Below, piece after piece: positions 1 to 12,490 of a DNA stretch of 64,000 nt; within the stretch, counting starts at the first letter, position 1, and each line of letters opens with the position of its first letter. The stretch is from Scyliorhinus canicula (Eukaryota), in NCBI RefSeq assembly GCF_902713615.1, contig NC_052146.1, positions 53,498,388-53,562,387 of the forward strand, written 5' to 3'. Made by a program: the position numbers and the translations under genes. The notes beneath the pieces were generated by a model. That model saw only the letters and a list, made by a program, of their open reading frames with translations. It did not search any database and had not been told where the DNA came from.

Positions 1-667
1 CTCACTAGAATATCTCTAACACTAAAAGGCCAACACTTAGCTTTGGAAACTGGCCCACCAGGTCAGGGGAACAAATGGCCTTTCGTTCGATTCTGAGTCT
101 GCAGGCTTCAAGCTTGTATGGACTGGTAGCTAGGAGCGCCTATCTCGTAGCGTGTGTTGACTGGACACTTACTTGGTTGGTGCAGCTGCTAGGCAGGTCA
201 CGGTCAAGGGTTGTTTCAAGCTGCTGAGAGACCCTGCCAAGAAGATCAAACTGAACTTGGGGACTCTATTTTATAGTCCCCAGGGGTTCTGTGCCCTTGT
301 AGGCAGACCCTGTACCTGGATCCAATTGATTGGACTAAGTTCTGATCATTTGAATTGATTTCTCCAATACTGGAGCTGTTCCCTGATCGCTGGGCGGTTC
401 TTAAGTGTCCGTTGACCTTCCTTTGTCTTGGCTCCTGCTGGCGCTGAGGAGTCTGGTTTGGTCTTGATTACTTCAATGTATCCAATTGTTCCTGGGGATT
501 GCTCATTAATATGTAGATGGTTTTTGGTTTTGGTTCTGTCTGGGTTCTGCAAGTCTTAATACACAGGACCTTGTACCTGCTTGTTTTCCTGTCCTTGGCT
601 GAATTTCCCTGCATTCTTAGCGGGCTTCCATTTTGGAATCGGGAAGTGACCAACCCAGGTGGCTACA
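1..667 (-). mobile_element. LTR (LTR retrotransposon/ERV), truncated by window start, abutting or inserted into a CR1 fragment
   Basis: Minus strand begins TGTAGCC at 667. TATA-like CTATAAAA on minus at ~269-276 lies inside a GGGGACT...AGTCCCC inverted repeat. Sharp junction with CR1 ORF2 sequence at 668. Confidence 0.55.
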
Positions 668-1948
668 AACAGCAGAAGTTCTAGAGACATATAGAATTTG
701 CAAAAAGGAACTTACAAAGGAAATTAGGAGAGCAAAAGGCAACTTGAAAAGATACTGGCAGGTAAACTGAAGAAAAATCCTAAATTGTTTTACAAGTACA
801 TTAAGGGGAAAAGGATAACTAGGGGAAGAGTTGAGCGCATGAGGGACCACAGTGGTAACTTGTGTGTGGAGCCAGAGGACATAGGTAGGGTTCTAAACTA
901 ATACTTTGCGTTAGTGATCACTCGTGAGAGGGATGCTGGGGGTGTAGAAATCAGGGCGAAGGACTGTGATAAAATCAAAGAGATTAACATAGACAAAGAG
1001 GAGGTTCTGAAGGGCCAGATGAAACATATCCTACTCTTTTGAGTGAGACAAGGGAGGAAATAGCAGGGGTGCTGGCAATAATTTTCAATTCCTCTCTGGC
1101 CACAGGAGAGTTGCGGAGGACTGGAAGATAGCCAATGTGGTACCTTTATTAAAGAAGGGTGGAAGGGATAGATAAGGAAACTATAAGCCAGTCAGTCTAA
1201 TTTCAGTAGTGGAAAAACTATTGGAAGGAACTCTGAGAGACAGAATTAATCTGCATTTGGAGAGGCAGATATTAATCAAGAGCAGTTAGCATGGTTTTGT
1301 TAAGGAGAGGAACTGTTATGGTGGAACGTTATAAAACGTTGGTCAGGCCACAGCTAGAGCATTGTCTGCAGCTCTGGAATCCACATTATGGGAGGGAATG
1401 TGATAGCACTGGAAAAGGTGCAGAGGAGATTTACCAGGATCTTGTCCGGGCTGGAGAGTTAGTTACGAATGGAAATTGGATAGACTGGGATTGTTTTCCT
1501 TGGAGCATAGGAAATGAGGGGGAACATGATTGTGATGTATAAAACTATGAGGGGCATAGACAGAGTAAACAGTAAGAAACATTTCCCTGTGGTGGATAGG
1601 TCAATGTCCAGGGGACATAGATTTAAGGAAAGGGGTAGGAGGTTTAGAGGGGATGTGAGGAAAAACCTTTTCACCCAGAGGGTGATGGGAGTCTGGAACT
1701 TGCTGCCGGAAAAGCTGTTCTCCCCAATGCTGGATTCTCCGCCTCACCGGGATCTTGCTACTGGCAGCATGAGGCGGAGAATTTAAGAAGTTTTTAGGTG
1801 TACACTTGCAATCTCAAGGCGTACAAGGCTATCGCCAAGTGCTGGCAAATAGGGTTAGAATAGTTAGGTAGTGTTTTTGCCAGGCACAGATGTGATGGGC
1901 CGAAGGGCCTTTTCTGTCCTGTAGACCTTTATGTCTCTCTAACTCTAA
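668..1948 (+). mobile_element. Degraded CR1 LINE 3' portion with internal deletion of the RT core
   Basis: Broken frames read KEIRRAK..KNPKLFYKYIKGKRIT, EDWKIANVVPL.KKG..NYKPVSL, HGFVK, then jump to YKTLVRPQLEHC, RGHRFK..FTQRV. CR1 tail GGGCCGAAGGGCCT near 1900. Confidence 0.9.
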
Positions 1949-2158
1949 AATAAATGAGAACACAGGACATAAACAGGAAAGACTCTTACATTTGTAAAAG
2001 ACAAATAAAAAATGCACTTAGGGCAGAGTGCAATATTTGATACTGATTGGAATGTTGGCCAGAAGATACAGAGCCAGGACTAGTAAGTAAGAAAATATAT
2101 TTTTTATAATTACTACTTGTGCATAGCCTAGTAGTTAGTATTTATAAATATTGTAGCA

Positions 2159-2720
2159 ATGGATGCTAAACCAGTAGTATGTTTGCATGAATGATGTGGC
2201 TCTTTCTATATCCACAAATTATCACGTAGGGGTATGTGTGAAGTGTTGAAAGGCTGCATTGCTCAATGCTGTGCCGGAATATTATCAGATCACATGCTGC
2301 AACATGCAAGGGTGGAATGCTTTCTGGAGTGTACATTCCTGATGGTAGTCAATGTAAAGGTCAGATGGAACAGGCAAAGGAACCGGGAAGGAGGAGGCCG
2401 GTGAGGAGGGTTTAACTACCGGCTGAATGATCTGTGGACTCAAGTTGTGGGTGAGCATGCACATGAGCCAGTGATGAAGATTCAATGCCAGAGAACCCTG
2501 AGAATCTTCATTTGACAAGGAGATATATTTTGGTTGACACCAAAGTGGTGAACACAGAATACAGGAGAAGGCGGTGTAGCCCATACGATCACCTGCACAA
2601 AACACAATAGGAAGAACAGACAAATGTCCACTGTTGACATTTCCATAATCAGTGGGATAGACATTCTGTTTTGTCAACAAGAATCTAAAATGTTACCTGC
2701 CAGGTACCAAATAAGGGTCA
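2159..2720 (+). pseudogene. Highly degraded CR1 ORF1 (zinc finger + SGNH esterase) remnant
   Basis: Remnant M.AKPVVC..MW..VC.KC and SIISGID.LFC.QES..YLPG resemble the CR1 ORF1s at 31500-32431 and 44350-45276. Confidence 0.55.
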
Positions 2721-3070
2721 TGGCAGATCAGTGTCAAGGTGCCCGGGTGACAAGTTACCCATGCCAGAGATTGGGTCCGGGGGCCCTCCCCTTCTGTAGT
2801 GGGGTGAGGGTGTTGAAGGAGCCCCTAATAGGTAAGTTGGGACAGTGGAGGGGGATCCAGAGGCCACGGTGGGGAGTTCGAGGGGGAGCGCGAGATCGGA
2901 GCAGCATTTACAAATGAGCTGGTCAGTACAGGAAGGGAGGAGATTGTGGCCTCGGAGAGACATTCCTCGCTAAGGCCCAAGAAAAACAGAGAGCGGGATA
3001 ATTCTCGACACAGCAGGCAATGAGAAACACCCCGCTCACTCTGGGCAAAATCCTCCGATTGGGAGACTAG

Positions 3071-4249
3071 GGGTCTGGATTCTCCGATTTTGAGGATCCG
3101 GGATGTTTTACGTGGAGAAAAGCAGTGCCGCCCGGATGGGATGAGCAGATCTTGCATTGTGAGGGAGAGGATGGCCCTTGGATGGACTTTGGTAGCAACT
3201 CTCTTAAGGAGTTACCCCCTTGTCCCACTGCAAGGTCCACTGCATCAGAGCCACGCTGGTCAGGACCAGTGGTGTTTCTCACCCAGTTGACTCCCTGCCC
3301 AGAGGACAGGAGAATCATGCAGGCCCAGAGAATATGGAGCCCAGCCTGTGAAGTGGATGCAAATGGGTCATTAAGACCCATTGTATCCTCTCACTGGTGT
3401 GTGGGCGGGAGCAATGATCTGATGTCAGTGGGAGGGGGCCAGTGTATCAGAAATGGATCAGCGCCGGCCGATTTCTCCCCAACGCTGCATTCTCCGCCTG
3501 ATCGGGATTTTGCTACATGAGTGCGGCCTTATCCGGGATCTTGGATTCATGTCGCATTACATTGGTGCCTGTGCTAGCCCATTAGAATGTCCTGAATCGC
3601 TCCAGGACTGGCACTGCTTTCAGGGCCATAGAATCCCGTGATTCAATCCCAGCATCAGCACTTCGGGCGTAATTCTCCGCTCCCGGGAAAAATCGGGAGG
3701 GCTGTGGTGAACTCGGCTGAGTTTAACGATGGCCTCGGAGGCCTCCTTGCCCCCTATTCTCCCCTCCCGGCGTGGCTAGGAGCGGCGCTCCATAACTCTC
3801 GGCCGCGGGGGTATCGGGGGCCGTCTTTCCCCTCAGCCGCCCCGCAAGACGTGGCGGCTTGATCTTGCGGGGCGGTGGAGGGGAAATTGTGCGTCCGATT
3901 TGGACGCCGGCCCAACGATTGGTGGGCACCGATTGCGGGCCTGTCCCCTCCCGAGCACAGTCGTGGTGCTCTTTTCTTGCTAGGCCACCTATAGGCCCCA
4001 AACGGGCTTCTCACTCCCGTTGCATGACGGCAGCGACCAGGTGTGTTTGCCGCTGTCGTGAAACAGCCGCGAACGGCAGGCCGCTCGGCCCATCCGGGTC
4101 GGAGAATCGCCGTTCGCCGTGAAAAACGATTCTTCCGAGCGGGGGGTGGGGGGGAGAATCGCGGGGGGCGCCAGGGGGGGCGTGAAATTTGCCGGGTGGC
4201 CCTCCCGCGAGAATTGCGCCCTTAGTCTCTGCAATGGCAAATCCAGCCC
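3071..4249. mobile_element. PIF/Harbinger-type MITE (outer) hosting a nested MITE
   Basis: Ends GGGTCTGGATTCTCC ... GGCAAATCCAGCCC match the TIR family found throughout the window. Confidence 0.55.
3665..4221. mobile_element. PIF/Harbinger-type MITE (nested, CpG-rich)
   Basis: TIRs GGGCGTAATTCTC / GAGAATTGCGCCC; 3-bp flanks TTC/TTA; internally similar to the 9265-10531 MITE. Confidence 0.85.
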
Positions 4250-6096
4250 ATTATTCTTCTGCTGATCTGTATTGGAGTTAGATCCATATTTTGACAACGT
4301 AATTTTGCCATTTGAATTCTATTTTTTGGCACTTAACCGAATATATTCATTTTGAAGGTATGAGCACTAGAATTTTAAATAATGTCAACAATGATAAGTT
4401 TTCTTGTACAGTGCTGACTATATTTGCACGACAATTGCTGGAAAGTTTGTAGAATTACTGTATCATGTTTAATTTATCCCATTTACATGAACTGGGAAAT
4501 TATATTGGCAGTTAAAAGAGACATTTCGCACAGCAAATTATTTACAATATTTTGTGTTGTAAATTATATTTTGTGCTAACATTTTCACAATTCATTAATT
4601 ACAAAGTATAAATATATACAGTGAATTTTTAAAAAATCATTTTTGGGATGGGGGCACCACTGGGAAGGCTAGCATTGCTGTCTATCCCTAATTACCTGTG
4701 AGAAGTCGTTTTATAAGTTATTTAAAGTTAAGATCATACCTGAAGTATAAATTGTATGGCTTCAATTTAATACAACTCTCACTTTATGCAATGTTCTATG
4801 TGCAGCGTGTACCATCTCAGGGTATAAAAAACCTCAAACAAGCTGAAATGGTGTTTCTTAGCTCACACGTCACCAGCCCACCCTCTTGGTTGGGAAAATT
4901 GTGGTATATGGAAGAAAGAAGAAAAATAAACACAGCCGAGACCAAAACTAAACAGCAGAGTTTCACTCCTCATTTCGAGGTGTTTTAACTATGATTACAA
5001 CATGATAAGTGACCGCCAAAACCAACATCAAAGTGTTATTTTACATTGCATAACGCTCCGAGTAACTTTTGAAGCCAATTTTTCACAATCTGTTTGAAAC
5101 ATTTGGAGGCTTTTGTGACACACAACCAGATGTTCTGGGTTTGGAATAGGAACTGAGAACTATTCCTTCTTTTCGGGGAAGAACTCAGGAACGGAGGCAA
5201 CTTTATGTGGTGAGAGGAAGGGGGGAGGGCCAGAGATGGGGTGGTGCGATGTGAGGAGGGGTGGGGAGGTGAATCCCAATCGTTTCCTTACATGCAGGAT
5301 AAATTGCAGCTACTCTGTTCAATCTAACTTGGGGCTATGTTTGGTGGGAGTTTGAACTCCAATCTGTAGTGTATGAATTTATTGCAGGCGACCTGCTGGG
5401 TTAGTTGACACAAAGACTATCACCACAGTTCTAGCCGTGTTCCGCAAAAGAGTAACATTATGGTCAACCACCTGTGGATCACTTCTCCAAGTATTTCTTG
5501 CTCTTGCAAACCATTTTGTCTTATTTACTGCCACATATTTTGCTTTCTAATCCCAAATAAGGCACAGAATGGTTCAACCATCAGGATTTTCCTTTTACCT
5601 TTGTTTACCTGGAAGAAAGAGGAGAGGATTTGAGGGAGGGTGTGTGGGTCAGTCTGCACTGAAATTGGATCGCACTTGTGTGGAGAGTAGAGAGATGCTC
5701 TGGCAGTCAGTGTTGCCAACAAGAAATGTTGTTGAACCTTTAAGCACCGAAGTACCTCATTAACCTGTTATAGACATAACTGAAGTCTCTGTTGAAGCAA
5801 ATAGTAATGAACTGTCTGTGCCAAATGAGGGCCCCATTATTTCAGTTCCTGTTAACCTCGATCCTATGGAAGCATCTCAGAGAATAGAATTATGCCCCTG
5901 TACCAGAAACAGAAAACCTCCTCAAAAACTTGATTTATAATAATTGAAACTATATATCTTATGGATACAGTGTGTAATTAGAATTCAGGACTAAGCACAA
6001 ATGTAATTATTTCTCCAATTTTGAGCATGTTTTCTATTTGCCTGTATAAAGTCATTTGGTAAATAAGGATTGTAGAAAGGAGTTAAAGGGGAGAGA

Positions 6097-6304
6097 TGTG
6101 GTGATTGTCGTTTAAGACCAGCCTGAATGAATGTGGTCTGGACAATCAATCAACACCTAGCAAGGGGATCTCTGTAAGGGGAGGAGTTTTTCTGGTTAGA
6201 AAGACTGTATTATGGACTAGCTTAAAGCACGCAGCTCATGAAGCAATCTTGTGAAAAAAGTTTGTTTGGTCAACTTAAGAAACCTCTGGGAATACATCTT
6301 CACA
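6097..6304 (+). repeat. Gypsy LTR (208 bp), preceded by PPT and followed by a tRNA-Ser(GCU)-type PBS
   Basis: TGTG...CACA termini; upstream AAAGGGGAGAGA; downstream TGGTGACAAGGA is the CpG-decayed form of TGGCGACGAGGA, complementary to the tRNA-Ser(GCU) 3' end. Confidence 0.8.
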
Positions 6305-7793
6305 TCTGGTGACAAGGAGAAATGATCCTGGCGCTGCCTCGGGCTCCAGACCTGTGAGGCTTGTGTTTCAAACTAAGACTGCAGAAAAAAAAATTCACCA
6401 GAATGTCTCTCTTCAGGTGAATAAATCCATTCCTCCACAGAAGACTGGAGTTAATACATTCAACATCTCAGGATTTATTTTCAGGTAAATTAAATAGGGG
6501 AGGAGGCAAAGCACAAAGCAATTTTTTTGATCATCTATGGAAGTCAGACCTACAATCTTATTTTCAGTCTGACAGCTCCTAGTGTGCCAGGTTCCAAATC
6601 ATTCAGTGAGCTCGCGGACTTAATGGAAATCATTTTCAACCCCAAACTATCAGTCATAATCCAGAGATTCAAATTTAATTTAAGGGTGAATTGATTGCGC
6701 GTACATTGCCATAATAAAGCAACTATCAAAGCATTGTCATTTTGGAGCAAACCTAAATGACATGCTACGGCATTGATTAGTCTGTGCTGTGAGCAATGAT
6801 GCCATGCAGCACCGATTGCTATCAGATGTCAACGTCAATTTCAAATGGGAAATGGCAAGAGCGCTGGTCATGGGGAAAGCATTGAGAAAGATTCACAGGA
6901 GCTGCAGAGTGCACAAAATGGCATTGTATATCAATTATGGTGGGAACCTGCAGCCAGCAACGGCATCGAAACTGCCAGCACAGACGCAAAGTGGGAAACA
7001 TTTCAAGTCACCCACAGAACAAAAAGATATAGTGGAAGAAATTAGACAATGATTCTTAAAGTGAAATGTCACCGATGTGGAAGTAACCACACCCCTGACC
7101 CATATAGGTTTCAGGAAAAAAAAAGTGTCATTATCGTCATAAAAGTGGACATTTGAAAGAACAGTGTAGAGCTAAGTCAATATTGCCGAGTAACCATTCT
7201 GTACCTTATTTGGATTAGGAATGCCAAGTAACCAATCAGCCAAGATGATACAGTTCAACAATGTGAAAGAACCTGACACTGTTTATTCTGATATTCACTC
7301 TCTTTTTAATCTTAAAGCTGTCAAGCCAGACCTTATTACTGTAACGCCCCGTCTCAATGGGAAGACTCTAAGTATGGAAGTGGATATAGTGGCATCAGCC
7401 ATTGTGATAGATGAACACAATTTCAGTACCTGAGAGAGGGTGCCCAACCATTGAACTGGGAGAGCACTGCTGCCAAGTTGAAGACATACATGGGAGAAGT
7501 AATAAAAGTAAAAGGCACCAAAACAGTATTCGGGAGTTATGGGCATCATTCTGCCCATCTCCCTAAATAATAGTGATGGGTGAAGGACCAGGCCTTCTGG
7601 ACCGTGATTGGTTTAAAGAAATCAAGTTAAATTGGTCTGCGATTTTTCAAGTGCGGGCAGGGAGACTGCCGGAGTAGTTAAGAAAGCATGACTGTCTTCC
7701 ATGACAAATTAGACAAAATCAGAGGCTTGCAAGCTATGATTACATTGATACAGAGGCAACTCCTTGATTCTTTAGAGCAAGATCAGATATCAT

Positions 7794-8417
7794 GGGTGGG
7801 ATTCTCTGGTCTCCGACACCGCGTTTGGCGATTGGCCGGGGAATCCCCTTGGGGCCGCAATCGGGGACGGTGCCACTTTTGTGATGCACCGCCCCCTCCA
7901 AAATGGCGCACTCGCAGAGTATGCCGCATGTCCTCGGGACGGCCTTAGGACGTTACCTGAGGCCCTCCACCGAAGCTCCGCCCCCGATCCCCGATGGATC
8001 GAGTTCCCGACGGCGTTGGGCGCGTGTGCTAATTTTTGGGGGGAATCCAGCATGGTGGCTGCGGACTGAGCCCAGCGCGCCACAGTCGGGGGAAGCCAAT
8101 CCACAGACATGGGGGACATTGGCGGGGGCTGGGGTCACTGGTGGGGGATGGCGAGCCTGGCCAAAGGGGGGCACTATTTGGCAGGCCGGGTACGCATGCG
8201 GCTGGTGCCATGTTGCACTGCGCGACCGCTGCAGGCTGCCGCCGTGCGCATGCACGGCCACGGACCCGGCAATTCTCCGGCCATATGCGCATCTAGAGCC
8301 GGGGGCTCTATCCTGCGCGCTTGCTAGCCCCCCCACCAGATGGAGGATCGGTGGAGGTTATGTGCCGTTTTTGCAGGTGTAAAATGCCAATGGCTTCCCA
8401 AATGGAGAATCCAGCCC
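7794..8417. mobile_element. PIF/Harbinger-type MITE inserted in Gypsy pol
   Basis: TIRs GGGTGGGATTCTCT / GGAGAATCCAGCCC; interrupts FFRAR.. | ..AFQEKVNAELSRLE. Confidence 0.85.
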
Positions 8418-8905
8418 ACATGCCTTCCAAGAGAAAGTGAATGCTGAGTTAAGCAGGTTGGAAGAACTCAGCATCGTCCAGTCAGTTCAGTTCTTGGAAT
8501 GAGCAGCATCCATCATTCCTGAAACCGGATAAGATCATCCGTGATGACAGTTAATCAGGCCACAAAGCTGAGTAAGTATCCAATCCTGAGAATTGAAGAC
8601 CTGCTGGCAGGAAGTCAATCTTACACAAAGTTGGATATGAGTCATGCATACCGGCAACTTGAATGAGGTAACACTTCCCAGGGGTATGTCACGATGAACA
8701 CACACAAAGGCCTGCTCCAGTATATCCTGCCTTTTGGTCTGTCTTCGGCATGTGCAGTATTTCAAAGGATGATGGGAAGTCTGTAATTAGGGCAACCATG
8801 GATTGAAGTATTCCTTGACGATAGTCTTATGGCTAAATTGACAGAGACTGAACATCCAGCAAACATAGAAGAGGTGTTAAAGAGATTTCAGGAGACAGGC
8901 TTTTA

Positions 8906-9188
8906 GGGGGGCATGGTGGCACAGTGGTTAACACAGCTGCCTCACAGCTCTAGGGACCTGGGTCAATTCCGGTCTTGGGTGACGGTGTGGAGTTTGCACG
9001 TTCTCCCTGTGTCTACGTGGGTTTCCTCTGGGTGCTTCCTTCCACCATTCAAAGATGTGCGGTTTAGGTGGGATTATGGAGATAGGGTGGGGAAATGGGC
9101 AGAGGCAAGGTGCTCTTTCCGAGGGTTGGTACAGACCCGATTGGCCAAATGGCCTCCTTCTGCACTGTGATAATTCTATGATTCTATG
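8906..9188 (+). mobile_element. HE1-like V-SINE (CR1-type tail) inserted in Gypsy RT
   Basis: tRNA-like head (GGTGGCACAGTGGTTA..GGTCAATTCC), V-core GTGGGTTTCCTC, tail ending TTCTATGATTCTATG. Confidence 0.9.
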
Positions 9189-9264
9189 GAGTCCACTTCA
9201 GCAAAGAGAAGTGTCCTTTACAAGCCACTGAGGTCACCCACCTGAGGCACTTCATAAACACACA

Positions 9265-10531
9265 GGGCACGATTCTCCGATGCCGCACGGCATCGGGAAA
9301 GCCGTCAAGAACTCGGCCGAGTTTCACGACGGCGTTGGAGGCCGCTCCTCGCACCCTGTCTCCCCCCCCCCCCCCAGGGGGCTAGGAGCAGCGTTGTGAG
9401 AAACTCGGCCGCCGGGCTTGCTACAAAGCGGCGCGCCAAGAATGACGCGACGGCGGCGCTTAAGTGACGTCAGCCGTGCACGCGCAGGTTGGCCGGCTCC
9501 AACCCACGCGTGCGCGGTTACCGTCTTCCCCTCCGCTGCCCCACAAGACATGGTGGCTTGATCTTGCGGGGCAGCGGAGGGGAAAGAGTGCGTCTCTTAG
9601 AGATGCCGGGCCGACGATCGGTGGGCACCGATCGCGGGCCAGTCAACTCCCGAGCACGCCCGTGGTGCTTGTTCTTATCTCCACCCCCCACAGGCCACAA
9701 ACTTACCTTTTGATGTGACCATCAGTTGACACGACATGCAGTTGGAAGTGAACAGTGGTTTTAATGATCTTACAATGGAGCCTGCCTGTGCCGAGATGAA
9801 CTGGCAGGCAGGCTCAGACTGCCAGGCTTTATACTTCCGGTTAGTGGGAGGAGCCATGTGCGGAGCCATAGGCGGAGCCAAGTGTGGAGCCCAGTACAAA
9901 CTCCTCATCTCCCCCTAGGGGCAGAGCCACGCAACTGCTCGTATACCAAGCTTACCTGTCTGGCTGTGAGAGTAATCAATCAGAGAGTCTGCATTTTGGG
10001 TGCCCCCTTACCCTTGGGGCCTCTTACCTTCGCGTGGAGTGTTTCATTGTAAGTGAGTCAGTAAGTAATTCATTTGGGTCTGATTGATGAGCATGCCTTA
10101 AAAGTGCCTGAAGGTGTCACACAGAGATCAGCAGCATTGGTGGGTTTACAGTTGGTGGCACCCTGTGCTGATCATTTTTGGTGCAGCTCGCCGCCCCTGC
10201 CCCCTTCTTCCCTCCACCTGCCCCCTTCTTCCCTCCACAGCGAGTAAATCACAGTGTGAATTACACGGACTGTGATTCACCACACCTTTCGCGCTATGTT
10301 CACGCCAGCAGTGACCAGGTGTGGTTGACGCCGGCGTGAACAGGTCGGGAACGGCAGGCCGCTCGACCCATCCGGGCCGGAGAATCGCCGGTCGCCGTGA
10401 AAAACGGCGTGCGGCGATTCCGCGACACGCCATTTTGGGGGGGGGGTGGGAGAATCGCGGGGGGTGCCAGAGCGGCATGTCGTGATTCGCGCGATTCTCC
10501 CACCCCGCGTGGGGAGCGGAGAATCACGCCC
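9265..10531. mobile_element. PIF/Harbinger-type MITE in Gypsy pol, containing a nested solo LTR
   Basis: TIRs GGGCACGATTCTCC / GGAGAATCACGCCC; perfect 3-bp TSD ACA; removing it restores Gypsy INTQGLHTMEEKVK. Confidence 0.92.
9711..10284 (-). mobile_element. Solo LTR with internal foreign (locally templated) patches
   Basis: TG...CA ends (TGATGTGA...TTCACCACA); perfect 5-bp TSD CCTTT at 9706-9710 and 10285-10289; TATA-like GTATAAAG and ATTAAA on the minus strand. Confidence 0.85.
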
Positions 10532-12194
10532 ACAGGGTTACACACCATGGAAGAAAAGGTCAAGGTGATAAAATAGGTGCCTTCTCCTATCAGTTTTGTA
10601 GAATGATAAACTACTGTAGACAGTTTTTACCCAACTTATCGACTTTACTGGTTCCCTTACATATTCTGTTTAACGAAACACCTTTTTTGGTCTTAGAATG
10701 CTCCCCAGGAGGAAGCGTTCAACAAAGAAAAACAATTGCTGCATTCCTCAAACCTGTTAGTACACCTCAACCCATCTAAAGAACAGATAGTGACATACTG
10801 CACCTCTCCATATGGCGTTGCTGAGATGTCGACCCATGACATGAACGACAGCTCTTAAAGAGCGATAGGGTGTGTGTCAAGAAGTTACATGGAAAACACC
10901 TTCCCATTGTTACTGACCACAAATTGCTTTTGGGCCTCTTCAAAGAGGACAAGGCTTTCATACCGATAGCCTCAGCAAGAATTCAACAATGAGCATTAAT
11001 TATGTCTGCCGACAAAAATACTTTCAAACACTGACTTGGGATGCACATAGCGAATGAGGATGGCCATAGCTACTTTCCCTTGTGAGAAAGTGTCACATGT
11101 ACTCTTGTATCCCTAGAAATTGTCTTGACATTAGAGTTTCTGGACACATTAGCAGTCTGTGTGAAGCACATTGGAATCTGGATTTAATGGGAGCTGCAGA
11201 GTTTTTACGTGTACTCAGAAACCCAGGAGTGGTGGGCACTCTTGTTGTGTGACATCTGTGCCTGACCGGAACCCTAGGCTTGGTGGCGGTGAGTAGCTGC
11301 TGGCCTCTGATTGGCCTGGAGATTGGGAATTTCAATACCGGGCGGGGCCATTGGTGGAACTTAACTTGATTTGAGCAGGCTTCCCCCACTGAACCAACAC
11401 ATGCTTCCCCATTGGTTCTCCAACCAGTAGACGAGATCCTTGTCGGCATCACAAAATTCAGCCCTTCAGTGGGAATGTATGTACTGATTCCACATATACA
11501 TCTTCACAAAAATTGCTTCTGCACATTACTTGAGTGATAAACCTGCAGGTCAAGGATGGATTTACAATGAAACACTCCACGCCAAGGTAAGAGGCCCCAA
11601 GGGTAAGGGTGGCACCCAAAATGCAGACTCTCTGATTGATTACTCTCACAGCCAGTCAGGTACAGACATACATGGAAACCCTGCCCACAATTGTAAAATC
11701 AATTCGTATTCTCAACTGAGGGCGGGACTTATCTGATCTGTTGCAGCTTTTGGCTTTGCTCAGGCGCTATGGAGTCATTCATCCATTTGGAACTACATTG
11801 CCCATGCTGCATGTGGCCGAGCATCTGTGCAATGAGAAGCATCAGTATGGAATCAGGCAGATGTAGCCTGTGGTGCCTGATGGGAACTTGAGAATCAGTG
11901 ATCAAGGGTGGCTGTCACATGGACAGGGTTGAATTTGGAGGTGAGCATCTATAAATCCCAGCCCCCAGTGGCAGGGATTAGGATTGCAGACATTTAAAAC
12001 CCCTCAAACCCATCCCCCGCTTCACCCTCCCATTCCCTCTCCTCCACCTGCAATCCCCCCTTCCATTCCCCTTCACAGGAAATGGTGTGTTTCATTGAAA
12101 ATCCACCCATGCATAACCCAAAGGTTATTTGTATATTCTGATTGAAAAAAACGACTATGGCAATGGTCAAGGTCATCATGAATCAATAATGGAA

Positions 12195-12490
12195 AGCAGC
12201 ACGGTGGCACAGTGGTTAGCACTGCTGGCTCAGCACCACGGACCGGGTTCTGTTCCGGCCTTACGTGACTGTGGAGTTTGTACATTCTCCCCGTGTCTAC
12301 GTGGGTTTCCTCCGGGTGCTCCAGTTTCTTCTCACAGTCCAAAGATGTGCAGGTTAGATGATGCTAAATTTCCCTCTAGGGTAGCATTGCCGGAATAGGA
12401 GAGGTGATATTGTCCCTCGGTAGGTGCACACCCAATGGGCCGAATGATCTCCTTCTGCATTTTGGGGGTTCTATGATTTTGGGATTCTAA
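12195..12490 (+). mobile_element. HE1-like V-SINE, diverged
   Basis: GCAGCACGGTGGCACAGTGGTTAGC head, V-core, GGGCCGAATG..TTCTATG tail. Confidence 0.9.

Larger units (their letters stand above)
5700..11182 (+). mobile_element. Degraded Ty3/Gypsy (K02A2.6-like) retrotransposon in permuted order: integrase C-tail, PPT, single LTR, PBS, gag, PR, RT, RNase H
   Basis: ORF end TRNRKPPQKLDL* at 5940; PPT at ~6085-6096; LTR 6097-6304; PBS at 6307. gag motifs EDWS.YI, GSQTYNLI.SL.AP, SVIIQRFKFN and two CCHC-like knuckles at ~7065-7170. Protease LNGKTLSMEVD; RT/RH motifs to ~11180. Many stops and frameshifts. Confidence 0.9.

Noticed and set aside
7790-8382. Stacks of overlapping Pro/Arg/Gly-rich ORFs (also at 3.7-4.2, 16.1-16.7, 33.7-34.3 and 37.1-37.9 kb)
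   Set aside because: These are by-products of GC-rich, stop-poor MITE sequence.
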